Part shown: piece by piece, positions 18,416 to 27,826 of the stretch
Layout: every line of letters begins with the position of its first letter
Position numbering within the stretch: the first letter of the stretch is position 1
Origin: an uncultured Clostridia bacterium
Lineage (GTDB): Bacteria; Bacillota; Clostridia; TANB77; CAG-508
DNA: 64,000 nucleotides
Direction of reading: 5' to 3'
Assembly: GCA_944386385.1 (NCBI GenBank)
Contig: CALXAV010000002.1
Span: 65,366 to 129,365, forward strand
The notes under the pieces: model-generated
Database searches by the model: none
Told to the model about the DNA's origin: nothing
Seen by the model: only the letters and a program-made list of their open reading frames with translations
Translations under genes and position numbers: made by a program

Positions 18416-18883
18416 ATGTCATTTGAAAGAGCAAAGGAATATTTAAAAGAATATGGATTAGAAAATAAAGTAATGGAATTTCCTGTTTCTTCAGCTACAG
18501 TAGAAGATGCAGCAAAAGCAGTAGGTTGTAATGAGGAAGAAATTGCAAAAACATTATCTTTTATTGTAGAAGATAAACCAATCTTAATTGTAGTTTCAGG
18601 AGATTGTAAAATAGATAATAGTAAGTATAAAGCTGAATTTCATAAAAAGGCCAAAATGATACCTTTTAATGATGTTGAAGAATTAATAGGTCATAATGTA
18701 GGTGGAGTTTGTCCTTTTGGGGTAAATCCTGGAGTTACAGTTTATTTGGATAATTCTTTAAAAAGGTTTGATATAATTTATCCTGCTTGTGGTAGTTCAA
18801 ATAGCGCAGTTAAATTAACAATAGAAGAATTAGAAAAAGCATCTAATTATGAAAAATGGGTAGATGTTTGCAAAACAATGTAA
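18416..18883 (+). CDS. YbaK/EbsC-family aminoacyl-tRNA deacylase domain protein
   Basis: 'ATVEDAAKAVG...AKTL.F......ILIVVSGD.K.D..K...GGVCPFG' pattern. Confidence 0.75.
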   Translation: MSFERAKEYLKEYGLENKVMEFPVSSATVEDAAKAVGCNEEEIAKTLSFIVEDKPILIVVSGDCKIDNSKYKAEFHKKAKMIPFNDVEELIGHNVGGVCPFGVNPGVTVYLDNSLKRFDIIYPACGSSNSAVKLTIEELEKASNYEKWVDVCKTM

Positions 18884-18899
18884 ATTAAGGGGCATTAAA

Positions 18900-18928
18900 T
18901 TGACAAATTCAGAAAAATTGGTTATAAT
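18900..18928 (+). promoter_or_regulatory. consensus sigma-A promoter driving the GC-rich purC-like gene
   Basis: TTGACA, 17 nt, TATAAT. Confidence 0.6.
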
Positions 18929-18984
18929 ATTTTATGTAACCAAAAGCCGTGTTTCCTGAGAATAATTTTGACGGAAGGAGAAAA

Positions 18985-19728
18985 ATGAAACGTGGTAAGA
19001 AGCTTTATGCTGGTAAGGCCAACACCCTCTACGAGGTGCTGAGTGACGACGGCTCCGTCGAAGAGTATGTGCTCGAGATGGAGTCCACAGACCGAATCTC
19101 CGCCGGTGACGGCGAAAGGACCGATGTCGTGAAGGGGAAGGGATACGCCAACAACCTGGTGTCTACTCTACTCTTCAAACTGTTCGAGGAGGCTGGTGTT
19201 CCTACGCATTTCATCAGTGAGGGGACTACGCCTTCCTCCAAGTTCGTGAAGAAGGCGGATATGATTCCGCTCGAAGTCATCGGACGCAACTATACTGCCG
19301 GCAGTTTCTGCAGGCGGTACGGTGTCGACGAGGGTATCGAGCTTGACCCGATGCTCTTGGAACTCACCTACAAGTGCGATGCGTCTCACGATCCGCTAAT
19401 CACTGAGCATGCGGCAGTTGCTCTGGGGATTATCGATGGTGAGACTCTCGAGAACATCGTGGACTATACCTACATCATCAATGATGTGGCAACGGACTTC
19501 TTTGATGAGCTGGGGTTGACGCTCATCGACTTCAAGGTCGAGTTCGGTTTCGACAGGGCGACTGGTGAGTTCATGCTGGCTGACGAGTTTAGCCAGGACA
19601 CTTGCCGTCTGCACGACGCAGAAGGCAATTCGGTGGACAAGGACATCTTCCGCAGAGGAGATTCCAACGGCGAAGTGTCCAGCACTTATCAGAAGATGGT
19701 GGACATGCTTGAGGCTATGAACAAGTAG
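18985..19728 (+). CDS. purC: SAICAR synthetase (PurC)-family protein, orphan and GC-rich
   Basis: 'LYAGKAN..YEV', 'IPLEVIGRNYTAGS', 'LIDFKVEFG', 'LADEFSQDTCRLHD', 'DKDIFRR' follow the PurC motif order; about 54% G+C in a 90-nt hand-counted stretch; no other pur genes nearby. Confidence 0.8.
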   Translation: MKRGKKLYAGKANTLYEVLSDDGSVEEYVLEMESTDRISAGDGERTDVVKGKGYANNLVSTLLFKLFEEAGVPTHFISEGTTPSSKFVKKADMIPLEVIGRNYTAGSFCRRYGVDEGIELDPMLLELTYKCDASHDPLITEHAAVALGIIDGETLENIVDYTYIINDVATDFFDELGLTLIDFKVEFGFDRATGEFMLADEFSQDTCRLHDAEGNSVDKDIFRRGDSNGEVSSTYQKMVDMLEAMNK

Positions 19729-19773
19729 TCTCACAAGAACGGCATAAACATTGGCTTTGGTTACACGTTTCAA

Positions 19774-19811
19774 AGAGGCAGACCTGTTTTTTAGGTTTGC
19801 CTCTCTATTTT
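19774..19811 (+). terminator. rho-independent terminator of the purC-like gene
   Basis: AGAGGCAGACC / GGTTTGCCTCT stem (one G-T) followed by a T-rich tail. Confidence 0.7.
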
Positions 19812-19897
19812 GTTGCATAGGAAATATCACTAAATTGTTTTAATATGTTGACAAAAAGTAAAAAATACTTGCGAAAGTTTATTTTACAAAATATAAA
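19808..19897 (+). repeat. intergenic repeat copy A with promoter-like 3' part
   Basis: TTTTGTTGCATAGGAAATATCAC(T)AAATTGTTTTAA ... TACTTGCGAAA ... TATAAA; second copy at 32605-32712. Confidence 0.85.
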
Positions 19898-20148
19898 TAA
19901 TAAAACGATTGGAGACGGAAATATTTAAGGTTAACTTTTGCATATGATTTAAAAATGAACAAAACTCAAGAGAAAATAATAAAAGAACTAATGTGGTATA
20001 GTAGTAAAAGAAGGAAAAGAAAAACATGAATATTTCTTTTCAATGAAGGTAGAGCAATTTAAACAAATAAAATAAGAGATACAGAGCAGGTAATTTGTTG
20101 ATAATTATTTGCTTTTATGTTATTATGCGTGTGTAAGGGGATGATATT

Positions 20149-20775
20149 ATGGATAAAAAGAAATTAGGAATGACAATTTTCTTTAGTATATGTGCAATAA
20201 TAATTGTTGTTTGCATTATCATACAAGTTATTGTTAACAATGAAACAAAAGAATTAGAAAAAGAAAGTGAAAAATTAGATACATTTGTAACAACAACTAC
20301 AAGTGGTACAGAAATAGAAACCGAGTATATACGTGTAGAAGATAATAAATTCTTTATAAAGGTTCCCACAAGTTTTAAACAATTAGACGCAGAAACGATT
20401 AGCCAAAAATATAGTGGAGATGTACCGGGGGTAATATTTTCAAATGAAGAGACAACAATAAATGTGGCAATAAATATGACTGATAATGATATGAAAAATG
20501 ATGGAATAGAAAATTATAAAGCATATATGGAAGGATTACTTAAAGAAAATAATGGTGAAGTTATAAGTTCAAATTATTATGAAGTTGATAATCATAATGT
20601 AGGGCAAATTAAATTAATTAGTAATGCTACTGATACAAATATATATAATAATACAATTTTCTTCTCTTATAATGATAAGTTAGTAATAATTACTTTTAAT
20701 TGTACATCTGATTTACAAGAAGAATGGCAAGGAGTGGGAGACTTTATAATAGATTCACTATTCTTTACAGATTAA
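20149..20775 (+). CDS. N-terminally anchored protein; C-domain paralogous to 38327-39229
   Basis: Shared 'TDTNIYN..I.FS...KL....FNCT..L..EW..VG.FII.SL.FT'. Confidence 0.55.
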   Translation: MDKKKLGMTIFFSICAIIIVVCIIIQVIVNNETKELEKESEKLDTFVTTTTSGTEIETEYIRVEDNKFFIKVPTSFKQLDAETISQKYSGDVPGVIFSNEETTINVAINMTDNDMKNDGIENYKAYMEGLLKENNGEVISSNYYEVDNHNVGQIKLISNATDTNIYNNTIFFSYNDKLVIITFNCTSDLQEEWQGVGDFIIDSLFFTD

Positions 20776-20790
20776 AAAATAAAAAAACTA

Positions 20791-20821
20791 TTGACTTAGA
20801 GTAACTCCAAGTGTGTATAAT
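20791..20821 (+). promoter_or_regulatory. MerR-type promoter (19-nt spacer containing a dyad)
   Basis: TTGACT, 19 nt (TAGAGTAACTCCAAGTGTG), TATAAT; dyad CTTaGAGTaACTCcAAG. Confidence 0.5.
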
Positions 20822-20863
20822 TCTATTGTATATTAAAATAATGTTTAGAAAGGAAGATGAAAA

Positions 20864-21565
20864 ATGAGTAAAAAAGGAATTATTGGAATTATTATTGTAG
20901 TAGTTTTGGTCATTATAGCTGCTGTATTATATTTCACATTAAATAATAATAGTAGTGATAATTTAGAAAATCAAAACCAAACTATAAATAATAATGAGGA
21001 AAATAATGTTACAGAAACAAACACTAATGGGGCTACAGCAAATACAGCAGAAGGTGAAAATACTGAAACAGGAAATGGAGGAATATTAGTTGTATATTAC
21101 TCAGCACAAGGTCATACAGAAGCAGTATCTCAAAGAATAGCACAAAACTTAGGAGCAGATACATTTGCAATTACACCAGCAGATGAATATACGGAAGACG
21201 ATTTAGATTGGACTGATGATAATTCAAGAGTATCAAGAGAGTATCAAGATGAATCTTTAAGAAATACAGAATTAACAACTACAACTGTTCCAAATTGGGA
21301 TAGTTATGATACAGTATTAATAGGATATCCTATTTGGTGGGGAATTGCAGCTTGGCCTGTTGATACTTTTGTTAAAGCAAATGACTTTAATGGAAAAACA
21401 GTTATACCATTCTGCACATCTTCTTCATCTGGTTTAGGTCAAAGTGGAGATTTACTTGCAGAAGAAGCAAATGGTGGAAATTGGTTAGAAGGACATCGTT
21501 TTAGATCTAATCCATCTGATTCTGATGTTGATAATTGGACAGCAAGTTTAAATTTAGCTAATTAA
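20864..21565 (+). CDS. membrane-anchored flavodoxin-family protein
   Basis: TM anchor, N/T-rich linker, then 'ILVVYYSAQGHTE...GYPIWWG...IPFCTSSSSG'. Confidence 0.75.
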   Translation: MSKKGIIGIIIVVVLVIIAAVLYFTLNNNSSDNLENQNQTINNNEENNVTETNTNGATANTAEGENTETGNGGILVVYYSAQGHTEAVSQRIAQNLGADTFAITPADEYTEDDLDWTDDNSRVSREYQDESLRNTELTTTTVPNWDSYDTVLIGYPIWWGIAAWPVDTFVKANDFNGKTVIPFCTSSSSGLGQSGDLLAEEANGGNWLEGHRFRSNPSDSDVDNWTASLNLAN

Positions 21566-21662
21566 AAGAAAAAAGAATATAAAGCAAGTAGATAAAACTA
21601 CTTGTTTTTAAGTATAATTATTTGATAAAGTGGTAAAAATTATATTATACTATAAATCAATG

Positions 21663-21691
21663 TTGACTTATTTGACAAATGATGGTAAAAT
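21663..21691 (+). promoter_or_regulatory. promoter of the tyrS leader
   Basis: TTGACT, 17 nt, TAAAAT. Confidence 0.5.
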
Positions 21692-21739
21692 AATAACATA
21701 TTAATTTAGTTATGTTTTAAAAAGAAACCTAGTAGAATT

Positions 21740-21922
21740 TTGTAGTAACTTATAGAGATGTAATGGTTGGTGGAAATTACAAGTATATAAAATTCGAATT
21801 ACAATTCTTATAGTAACTAACGTGTAGCTACGAAGAAGCTTAAATTAAGGCAATATATTAATATTGTAAATAAAGGTGGTACCACGAGCTAGTTCGTCCT
21901 TTAATGGAGAACTAGCTTTTTT
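21740..21922 (+). promoter_or_regulatory. T-box leader, Tyr specifier (UAC at 21800-21802)
   Basis: AGAGA box, specifier 'UACA', T-box motif AAAGGTGGTACCACGAG (21872-21888), terminator AGCTAGTTC/GAACTAGCT plus T6. Confidence 0.8.
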
Positions 21923-21943
21923 GAACTTTAAGGAGGTGATGTT

Positions 21944-22042
21944 ATGACCCGATGGTTTAGAATGAAAACAATAATCCAAGGGTTCTTCTACGAAAATTCA
22001 TATAATATACAAAAAATAAGAAAGGAAAGGAAGAGTATATAA
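21944..22042 (+). CDS. 32-aa ORF between the T-box terminator and tyrS
   Basis: AAGGAGGTGAT SD 5 nt before the ATG; stop 1 nt before the tyrS ATG. Confidence 0.3.
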   Translation: MTRWFRMKTIIQGFFYENSYNIQKIRKERKSI

Positions 22043-22043
22043 T

Positions 22044-23207
22044 ATGAATAATGAGTTAGAAATAATAAAAAGAAAAGCAGTCCAAATATTTTCTAAAGAA
22101 GATTTAGATAAAAAAATAAATAGTGGAAAGAAATTAACAATAAAATTAGGAGCAGACCCATCAAGACCTGACCTGCACATAGGACATAGTGTAGTTTTAA
22201 GAGTATTAAAAATGTTCCAAGATATGGGGCATGAAGTAGTATTTGTTGTCGGAGATTTTACAGGAATGATTGGAGATCCATCAGGAAAAAGTAAAACAAG
22301 ACCAGCACTTACATTTGAACAAACAAGAGAATCTGCTAAAAGCTATTTTGAACAAGCAACGAAAATATTAGATAAAAATAAAACGAAAATTGTCTTTAAT
22401 TCAGAATGGTTATCTAAGATGAATTTTGAAGATGTAATAAAATTAACTAGCAAATATACAGTAGCAAGAATAATGGAAAGAGACGATTTTAAAAATAGGT
22501 TTGAAAACAACTTACCACTTTCAATGCATGAATTATTATATCCTTTAATGCAAGGATATGATTCAGTTCATTTAAATGCAGATATAGAAATTGGAGGAAC
22601 AGACCAGACATTTAATTTATTAGTAGGAAGGGAACTTCAAAAAGATTATGGTAAAGAGCCTCAAGTTGTAATGACATTTCCATTATTAGTAGGACTAGAC
22701 GGAAAAGAAAAGATGAGTAAATCTTTAGACAATTATATTGGTCTTACAGATACTCCATTTGAAAAATTTGAGAAAAGTATGAAAATACCAGATGAAGTGT
22801 TAAGAGAGTATTTTGAATTAGCCACAGACTTACCAAATGATAAAATTGACGAAATAATGAATGGTGATATAAGAGAAGCTCATATTGCTTTTGCAAAAGA
22901 ATTAATTAGAATGTATGATGATATAAATGTTTTTGATGATGTAAAAGAAAGATATATGAAAATTGCAAAAGGAGAGATTCCACAAAACATTGAAAAAGTA
23001 AAAATAGAAGAAAACGAACTTAACATATGCGATTTATTAATAAAAATAGGTTTTGCAAATTCAAAAAGTGAAGCTAAAAGAATGATTCTAGGAAATGGTA
23101 TAAAAATTAATGGAAAAGTTGTTACTGACATAAATATAAAAATTAGTTTTGAAAATGATGTAGTAGTACAATTTGGAAAAAATAAGTTTAAACAAGTAAT
23201 AAAATAA
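22044..23207 (+). CDS. tyrS: tyrosine--tRNA ligase
   Basis: 'HIGH' ('DLHIGHS') and 'KMSKS' motifs, C-terminal S4-like domain, Tyr T-box upstream. Confidence 0.95.
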   Translation: MNNELEIIKRKAVQIFSKEDLDKKINSGKKLTIKLGADPSRPDLHIGHSVVLRVLKMFQDMGHEVVFVVGDFTGMIGDPSGKSKTRPALTFEQTRESAKSYFEQATKILDKNKTKIVFNSEWLSKMNFEDVIKLTSKYTVARIMERDDFKNRFENNLPLSMHELLYPLMQGYDSVHLNADIEIGGTDQTFNLLVGRELQKDYGKEPQVVMTFPLLVGLDGKEKMSKSLDNYIGLTDTPFEKFEKSMKIPDEVLREYFELATDLPNDKIDEIMNGDIREAHIAFAKELIRMYDDINVFDDVKERYMKIAKGEIPQNIEKVKIEENELNICDLLIKIGFANSKSEAKRMILGNGIKINGKVVTDINIKISFENDVVVQFGKNKFKQVIK

Positions 23208-23217
23208 GGAAAACAGA

Positions 23218-23252
23218 CAAGAGTAGTTATATTGATAATTACTCTTGTTTTT
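23218..23252 (+). terminator. tyrS terminator
   Basis: CAAGAGTAGTTAT / ATAATTACTCTTG stem plus T-run; same hairpin core recurs at 29736-29765. Confidence 0.8.
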
Positions 23253-23361
23253 GTTAATATTAAAAAATGAAAATATATTTTATAAAAGTGTTACTTTTTT
23301 TATTTTTTTAACAATATATAAATGTAAGATATCTTATAAAGATGGGGAGTTTAGAGCTAAA

Positions 23362-23917
23362 TTGAAAGAAAGAAAAATAATAAAGTATTATAAAAACAAT
23401 AATGGACTTAATTTAGAAAGAATAGTAGACGAATATAATAATTATATACATACAGTTATAAAAAATATGAACTATTCTGAATTCTCAAGTGAGGATGTAG
23501 AAGAAATTGTAGCTGATACATTTTTTATAATCTGGAAAAACAGAGAAAAATTAGATGAGAATAAAATGCTTAGTTCATATATAGCAGGTATTGTAAAGAA
23601 TCTTGTAAGAGAAAGACGGAAGAATAATAAAATTTAATAATTCTATAGATAATTTGCAATATGAGATACAAGATATGAAGAAAATAGATATGTTACTAGA
23701 ACAAAGAGAAAAAATTAATATAATAGAAAATACAATAAAGAAATTGAAAAAGGAAGATATTGAAATATTTAATTTATATTATTATTTGGGAAAGAAAAAT
23801 AAAGAAATTTCAAAAATGTTAAATATTTCAGAATTTGCAGTAAAACAAAAAATTTATAGAATAAGAAAGAAAATAAAAAAAGATTTAGAAAAAGGAGGGT
23901 ATAGTTTTGATGAATAA
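23362..23917 (+). pseudogene. ECF-type sigma factor, frame broken in an A-rich run near 23620-23637
   Basis: Region 2 in ORF 23245-23637, region 4 ('KEISKMLNISEFAVKQKIYRIRKKI') in ORF 23654-23917, different frames; start uncertain (TTG 23362). Confidence 0.65.
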
Positions 23918-25013
23918 ACAAAATAAAGAAATGCTAGAAAAAGTAAAACAAAAGATATCTATATCCAACTTTGAGGAAGGTGAGAATATAATGATGAAAA
24001 AAGATAAAAAAAATATATTAAAACCTGTTGCAATTGCAAGTATAGTAATAATGTCAATATCTGGTGTGACTTTTGCAGCAACAACATTTATAAAAGACTT
24101 TTTTGGAAAAAATTCAAGTGATGGTGTAGATACAGCTGTTAATAATGGATATGTTTCAGATATAAAAACAGATTATCAAAATGCTGATGGGATAGAAATA
24201 AATGTAGATTCTATATTAATGGATGACTTTAATTTTGATATGAATTTTAACGTTAAAATAAATGAGAATTATAATATTGATGATTTTGAACATGTTGAAT
24301 TTGAAGATTTAAAAATTGTAGATGAAACAGGTAAAATTGTTTTTGATACGCATGACCTTATACAAGAAGATGATAAGATAGAAGACCATTATCAAGGGTC
24401 ATATAGTTTTCTTCCAACCAAAGTAAATGATAATGAATTTAAGTTATCTTTATCTGCTACTGGAAACCCAAATGCTTTTCCAAAAAGCAAACATCTAACA
24501 GTTGATTTTACTAAAATAAAAATCTACAAATATATTAATGAAAAAAAGGAAGAGATAGTTTATGAAGGAAATTGGCATTTTGAAGTTGATGTTCCAGAAG
24601 AATTTTACAACAGAGAAACTATAATTTATAAAGTTAAGAATTGTACTGATGAAAGTATAAATATAAATAAAGTTACAGCTAGTTTATCAAATACAGCATT
24701 TAAAATATCAATTCCTGAAATAGAAACAGATAAGATTAATTATGATACTGTCCGTAGCTATGATGGTGTTAATATATATAATAGTATTGCAATTCAAAAA
24801 GAATATGTAGAAACATCAAAAGGAATAAAATTTGAAACTTCACAAAGAAGTGATGGAGATGGTGGTTATAGTTTACCAGATGGAGAAAATAAGATAATAA
24901 ATTATCATCAAACATTTAATTTAACAAAATATGATGCAACAGATAATTTAACTGTTCATATGTTTACAAATAAAGGAGAAGAGATAATAATTGAATTAGA
25001 AAGACAAAATTAA
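23910..25013 (+). CDS. anti-sigma factor, DUF4179-like extracytoplasmic domain
   Basis: Overlaps the sigma stop; one TM; 'DTAVNNGYVSDIK....DGIEINVDSILMDD' typical of DUF4179. Confidence 0.65.
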   Translation: MNKQNKEMLEKVKQKISISNFEEGENIMMKKDKKNILKPVAIASIVIMSISGVTFAATTFIKDFFGKNSSDGVDTAVNNGYVSDIKTDYQNADGIEINVDSILMDDFNFDMNFNVKINENYNIDDFEHVEFEDLKIVDETGKIVFDTHDLIQEDDKIEDHYQGSYSFLPTKVNDNEFKLSLSATGNPNAFPKSKHLTVDFTKIKIYKYINEKKEEIVYEGNWHFEVDVPEEFYNRETIIYKVKNCTDESININKVTASLSNTAFKISIPEIETDKINYDTVRSYDGVNIYNSIAIQKEYVETSKGIKFETSQRSDGDGGYSLPDGENKIINYHQTFNLTKYDATDNLTVHMFTNKGEEIIIELERQN

Positions 25014-25088
25014 ATTAGTATATAAATATTTGTATAAAATTAATGTAGAAAAAATAATAAAATTCTACATTAATTTTTTTAAAAAATA

Positions 25089-25135
25089 TTGACACAGTGT
25101 CAGAAAAGTGATATATAATAATTGACACGATGTCA
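25089..25135 (+). promoter_or_regulatory. promoter with two TetR-type operators
   Basis: TGACACAGTGTCA (25090-25102, overlaps -35 TTGACA), 17-nt spacer, TATATA; second dyad TGACACGATGTCA (25123-25135). Confidence 0.6.
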
Positions 25136-25151
25136 GAAAGGAAGAAAGATA

Positions 25152-25763
25152 ATGTCAAAAGAAATAGAAGATATAAGAAAAGAAGAAATAATAAAAGCAT
25201 GTGAAGAACTATATAAAATGGAAAATTTTAAAGATATAACTATAAAACATATAGGAGAAAAAACTACATTTTCACGTACATCAATATATAATTATTTCCA
25301 AACGAAAGAAGAAATATTTTTAGCACTTTTCCAAAAAGAATATGAAAGATGGATAGAAGATTTAAATAAAATGTATGAGGAAAATAATACTTTGTCAAAC
25401 GAAGAGTTTTCAAGGAAATTAGCACATACAATTGAAAAGAGGCCAACATTACTGAAATTACTTTCTATGAATATGTATGATATGGAAGAAAATAGTAGAA
25501 TGGAAAATTTAATAGAATTTAAAACAGCTTATGGAAATTCAATAAAAATGGTAAGAAAATGTTTAGATAAATTCTTTAAAAGTATGAATGAAAATGAAAA
25601 AGATGAATTTATATTCTTATTTTTTCCACTTATGTATGGAATTTATCCTTATGCAGAAGTGACAAAAAAACAAAAAGAAGCAATGGAAAAAGGTGGTGTA
25701 CCATTTAAATATTTATCTATTTATGAAATTACATATAAAGGAATTTTAAAATTATTAAATTAA
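25152..25763 (+). CDS. TetR/AcrR-family regulator
   Basis: HTH 'ITIKHIGEKTTFSRTSIYNYFQTKEEI'; RBS before ATG 25152. Confidence 0.85.
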   Translation: MSKEIEDIRKEEIIKACEELYKMENFKDITIKHIGEKTTFSRTSIYNYFQTKEEIFLALFQKEYERWIEDLNKMYEENNTLSNEEFSRKLAHTIEKRPTLLKLLSMNMYDMEENSRMENLIEFKTAYGNSIKMVRKCLDKFFKSMNENEKDEFIFLFFPLMYGIYPYAEVTKKQKEAMEKGGVPFKYLSIYEITYKGILKLLN

Positions 25764-25783
25764 TATATAAAGGAGTGATTTTT

Positions 25784-26263
25784 ATGTCAAAAAACTTAGT
25801 TGCATATTTTTCATGCACAGGAACAACAAAGAGTTTAGCAGAAAATTTAGCAAAAGCGGTTGATGGAGATTTATTTGAAATAAAACCAAAAAAGGAGTAT
25901 ACAAGTTCTGATTTAAACTGGATGGATAAAAGTAGTCGTAGTTCACTAGAAATGAATGATAAAAATTCAAGACCAGAGATTCTAAATAAAGTAAACAATA
26001 TGGATGATTATGATACAGTATTTTTAGGATTTCCAATTTGGTGGTATGTAGCGCCTAAAATAATAAATACTTTCTTAGAATCTTATGATTTTTCAGGGAA
26101 AACAATAATAACATTTTGTACATCAGGAGGAAGTAGTATGGGAAAAACACTTCAAGAACTAAAGCTATCTTGCTTAAATGATACAAAATGGATAGATGGA
26201 AAAAGATTTTCTAGAAATACAAGTGTAGAGGAATTGAGAAATTGGATAGATAATTTAAGATAG
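25784..26263 (+). CDS. flavodoxin-family protein
   Basis: 'LVAYFSCTGTTK...GFPIWWY...ITFCTSGGS'. Confidence 0.8.
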   Translation: MSKNLVAYFSCTGTTKSLAENLAKAVDGDLFEIKPKKEYTSSDLNWMDKSSRSSLEMNDKNSRPEILNKVNNMDDYDTVFLGFPIWWYVAPKIINTFLESYDFSGKTIITFCTSGGSSMGKTLQELKLSCLNDTKWIDGKRFSRNTSVEELRNWIDNLR

Positions 26264-26274
26264 GAGTGAAAAGT

Positions 26275-26808
26275 ATGAAAATAGTAGTATTAACAGGAAG
26301 TTATAATTTGCATGGAACATCAAATACTTTAGTTGATGAGTTTATAAGAGGAGCAAAAGAAAATAATAATGAAATTGTTAGATTTGATACAGCACATTTA
26401 GATATACATCCTTGTATTGGTTGTAACCATTGTGGAATGGATGGAGATTGTGTATTTAAAGATGATATGGTTAAAATATTAGATGAAGTAGAAGATGCAG
26501 ATATGTTAGTTTTTGCAACTCCAGTTTATTATTTTGCAATGACAGCTCCACTAAAAGCTACAATAGATAGATTTTATTCAAGAACAGGTAGAATAAGCAG
26601 TAAAAGATTAAGAACAGCATATATAATGACTTGTTGGAATACAGATAACTCAACAGTAGAGCCATTAATAGTTCATTATAAAAAATTGGTTAATTATATG
26701 CATTATAAAGATGAAGGAATGATTATCGGAAAAGGTTGTGGAACGGTAGGAATGATGCCAGAGCATTTTTATAAAGATGCATATGAATTAGGGAAAAAAA
26801 TTAAATAA
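26275..26808 (+). CDS. NAD(P)H-dependent FMN reductase / iron-sulfur flavoprotein type
   Basis: 'KIVVLTGS...GTSN', Cys cluster 'HPCIGCNHCGMDGDC', 'PVYYF'. Confidence 0.7.
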   Translation: MKIVVLTGSYNLHGTSNTLVDEFIRGAKENNNEIVRFDTAHLDIHPCIGCNHCGMDGDCVFKDDMVKILDEVEDADMLVFATPVYYFAMTAPLKATIDRFYSRTGRISSKRLRTAYIMTCWNTDNSTVEPLIVHYKKLVNYMHYKDEGMIIGKGCGTVGMMPEHFYKDAYELGKKIK

Positions 26809-26831
26809 AAAATATACAAGGAGAAACTATT

Positions 26832-27125
26832 ATGAGTTTAACAATTAATATTTATTATACAGGAAAAGATGGTGTAGCAAGAAAGTTTGCAGAAGAGATG
26901 GTTGAAAAAGGTGTTGTAGATAGAGTAAGAAATGAAGAAGGAAATGAAAAATATGAATATTTTTTTCCAATGAATGATAAAGAAACAGTTTTATTAATAG
27001 ACAGATGGGAAAGCGAGGAAGCTTTAGATAAGCATCATAAATCTCCAATGATGAAAGAAATAGTAGAACTTAGGAGTAAGTATCATCTTCATATGAGAGT
27101 AGAGCAATTTGTTGAAAACAAGTAA
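26832..27125 (+). CDS. antibiotic biosynthesis monooxygenase (ABM) family protein
   Basis: About 97 aa, 'LLIDRWESEEALDKHHKSPMM'. Confidence 0.7.
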   Translation: MSLTINIYYTGKDGVARKFAEEMVEKGVVDRVRNEEGNEKYEYFFPMNDKETVLLIDRWESEEALDKHHKSPMMKEIVELRSKYHLHMRVEQFVENK

Positions 27126-27147
27126 ATAAGTATTAAGGAGTTTTAAT

Positions 27148-27660
27148 ATGATAGAAATAAGAAAAGAACAAAAAAGTGATTATGAAGAAGTATATAATGT
27201 CGTAAAAACAGCATTTGAAAAGGCTAAAGAAAGTGATGGCAATGAGCAAGATTTAGTTGTAGCTTTAAGAAAAAGTAGTAATTTTATTCCGGAATCATCA
27301 TTAGTTGCAAAAAAGGATAATAAAATAGTTGGATATATTTTATTTACTAAAATACAAATAGGAAAATTTGAAGAACTTGCTTTAGCACCCCTTGCAGTAT
27401 TACCTGAATACCAAAGACAAGGTGTAGGAAGTAAACTAATAGAAGAAGGACATAAAATTGCTAAAGAGATGGGATATCATTATGTAGTAGTTTTAGGAAG
27501 TGATAAATATTATCCAAAGTTTGGATATGAGAAAGCTTCTAAATATGGAATAAAACCTCCATTTGATGTGCCTGATGAAAATTTTATGGTAATTAAACTA
27601 AATGATTTAAGAAAAGGAATAAAAGGTACTGTTAAGTATGCAAAAGAATTTGGAATATAA
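27148..27660 (+). CDS. GNAT N-acetyltransferase (YhbS-like)
   Basis: 'LAPLAVLPEYQRQGVGSKLIEEG...YYPKFGY'. Confidence 0.8.
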   Translation: MIEIRKEQKSDYEEVYNVVKTAFEKAKESDGNEQDLVVALRKSSNFIPESSLVAKKDNKIVGYILFTKIQIGKFEELALAPLAVLPEYQRQGVGSKLIEEGHKIAKEMGYHYVVVLGSDKYYPKFGYEKASKYGIKPPFDVPDENFMVIKLNDLRKGIKGTVKYAKEFGI

Positions 27661-27826
27661 GAAAAATCATAACTACTAGTTTTAAGGTAGTTATGATTTT
27701 TTAGATAATGAACTTATTGTAAAACAGAGGTTAGCGAGCTTGTTTTGAGATTATGTCATATTGTTTTAAATTTACTAAATATAGTAGATGGATTTTTTTA
27801 TACCTATTTGATAACAATAAGGCATA

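Noticed and set aside
19029-19830. Four minus-strand ORFs (19029-19289, 19168-19389, 19396-19830, 19470-19685) inside the purC-like gene
   Set aside because: Long spurious frames are expected in G+C-rich DNA. The + strand frame carries the full PurC motif series, an RBS, a promoter and a terminator.
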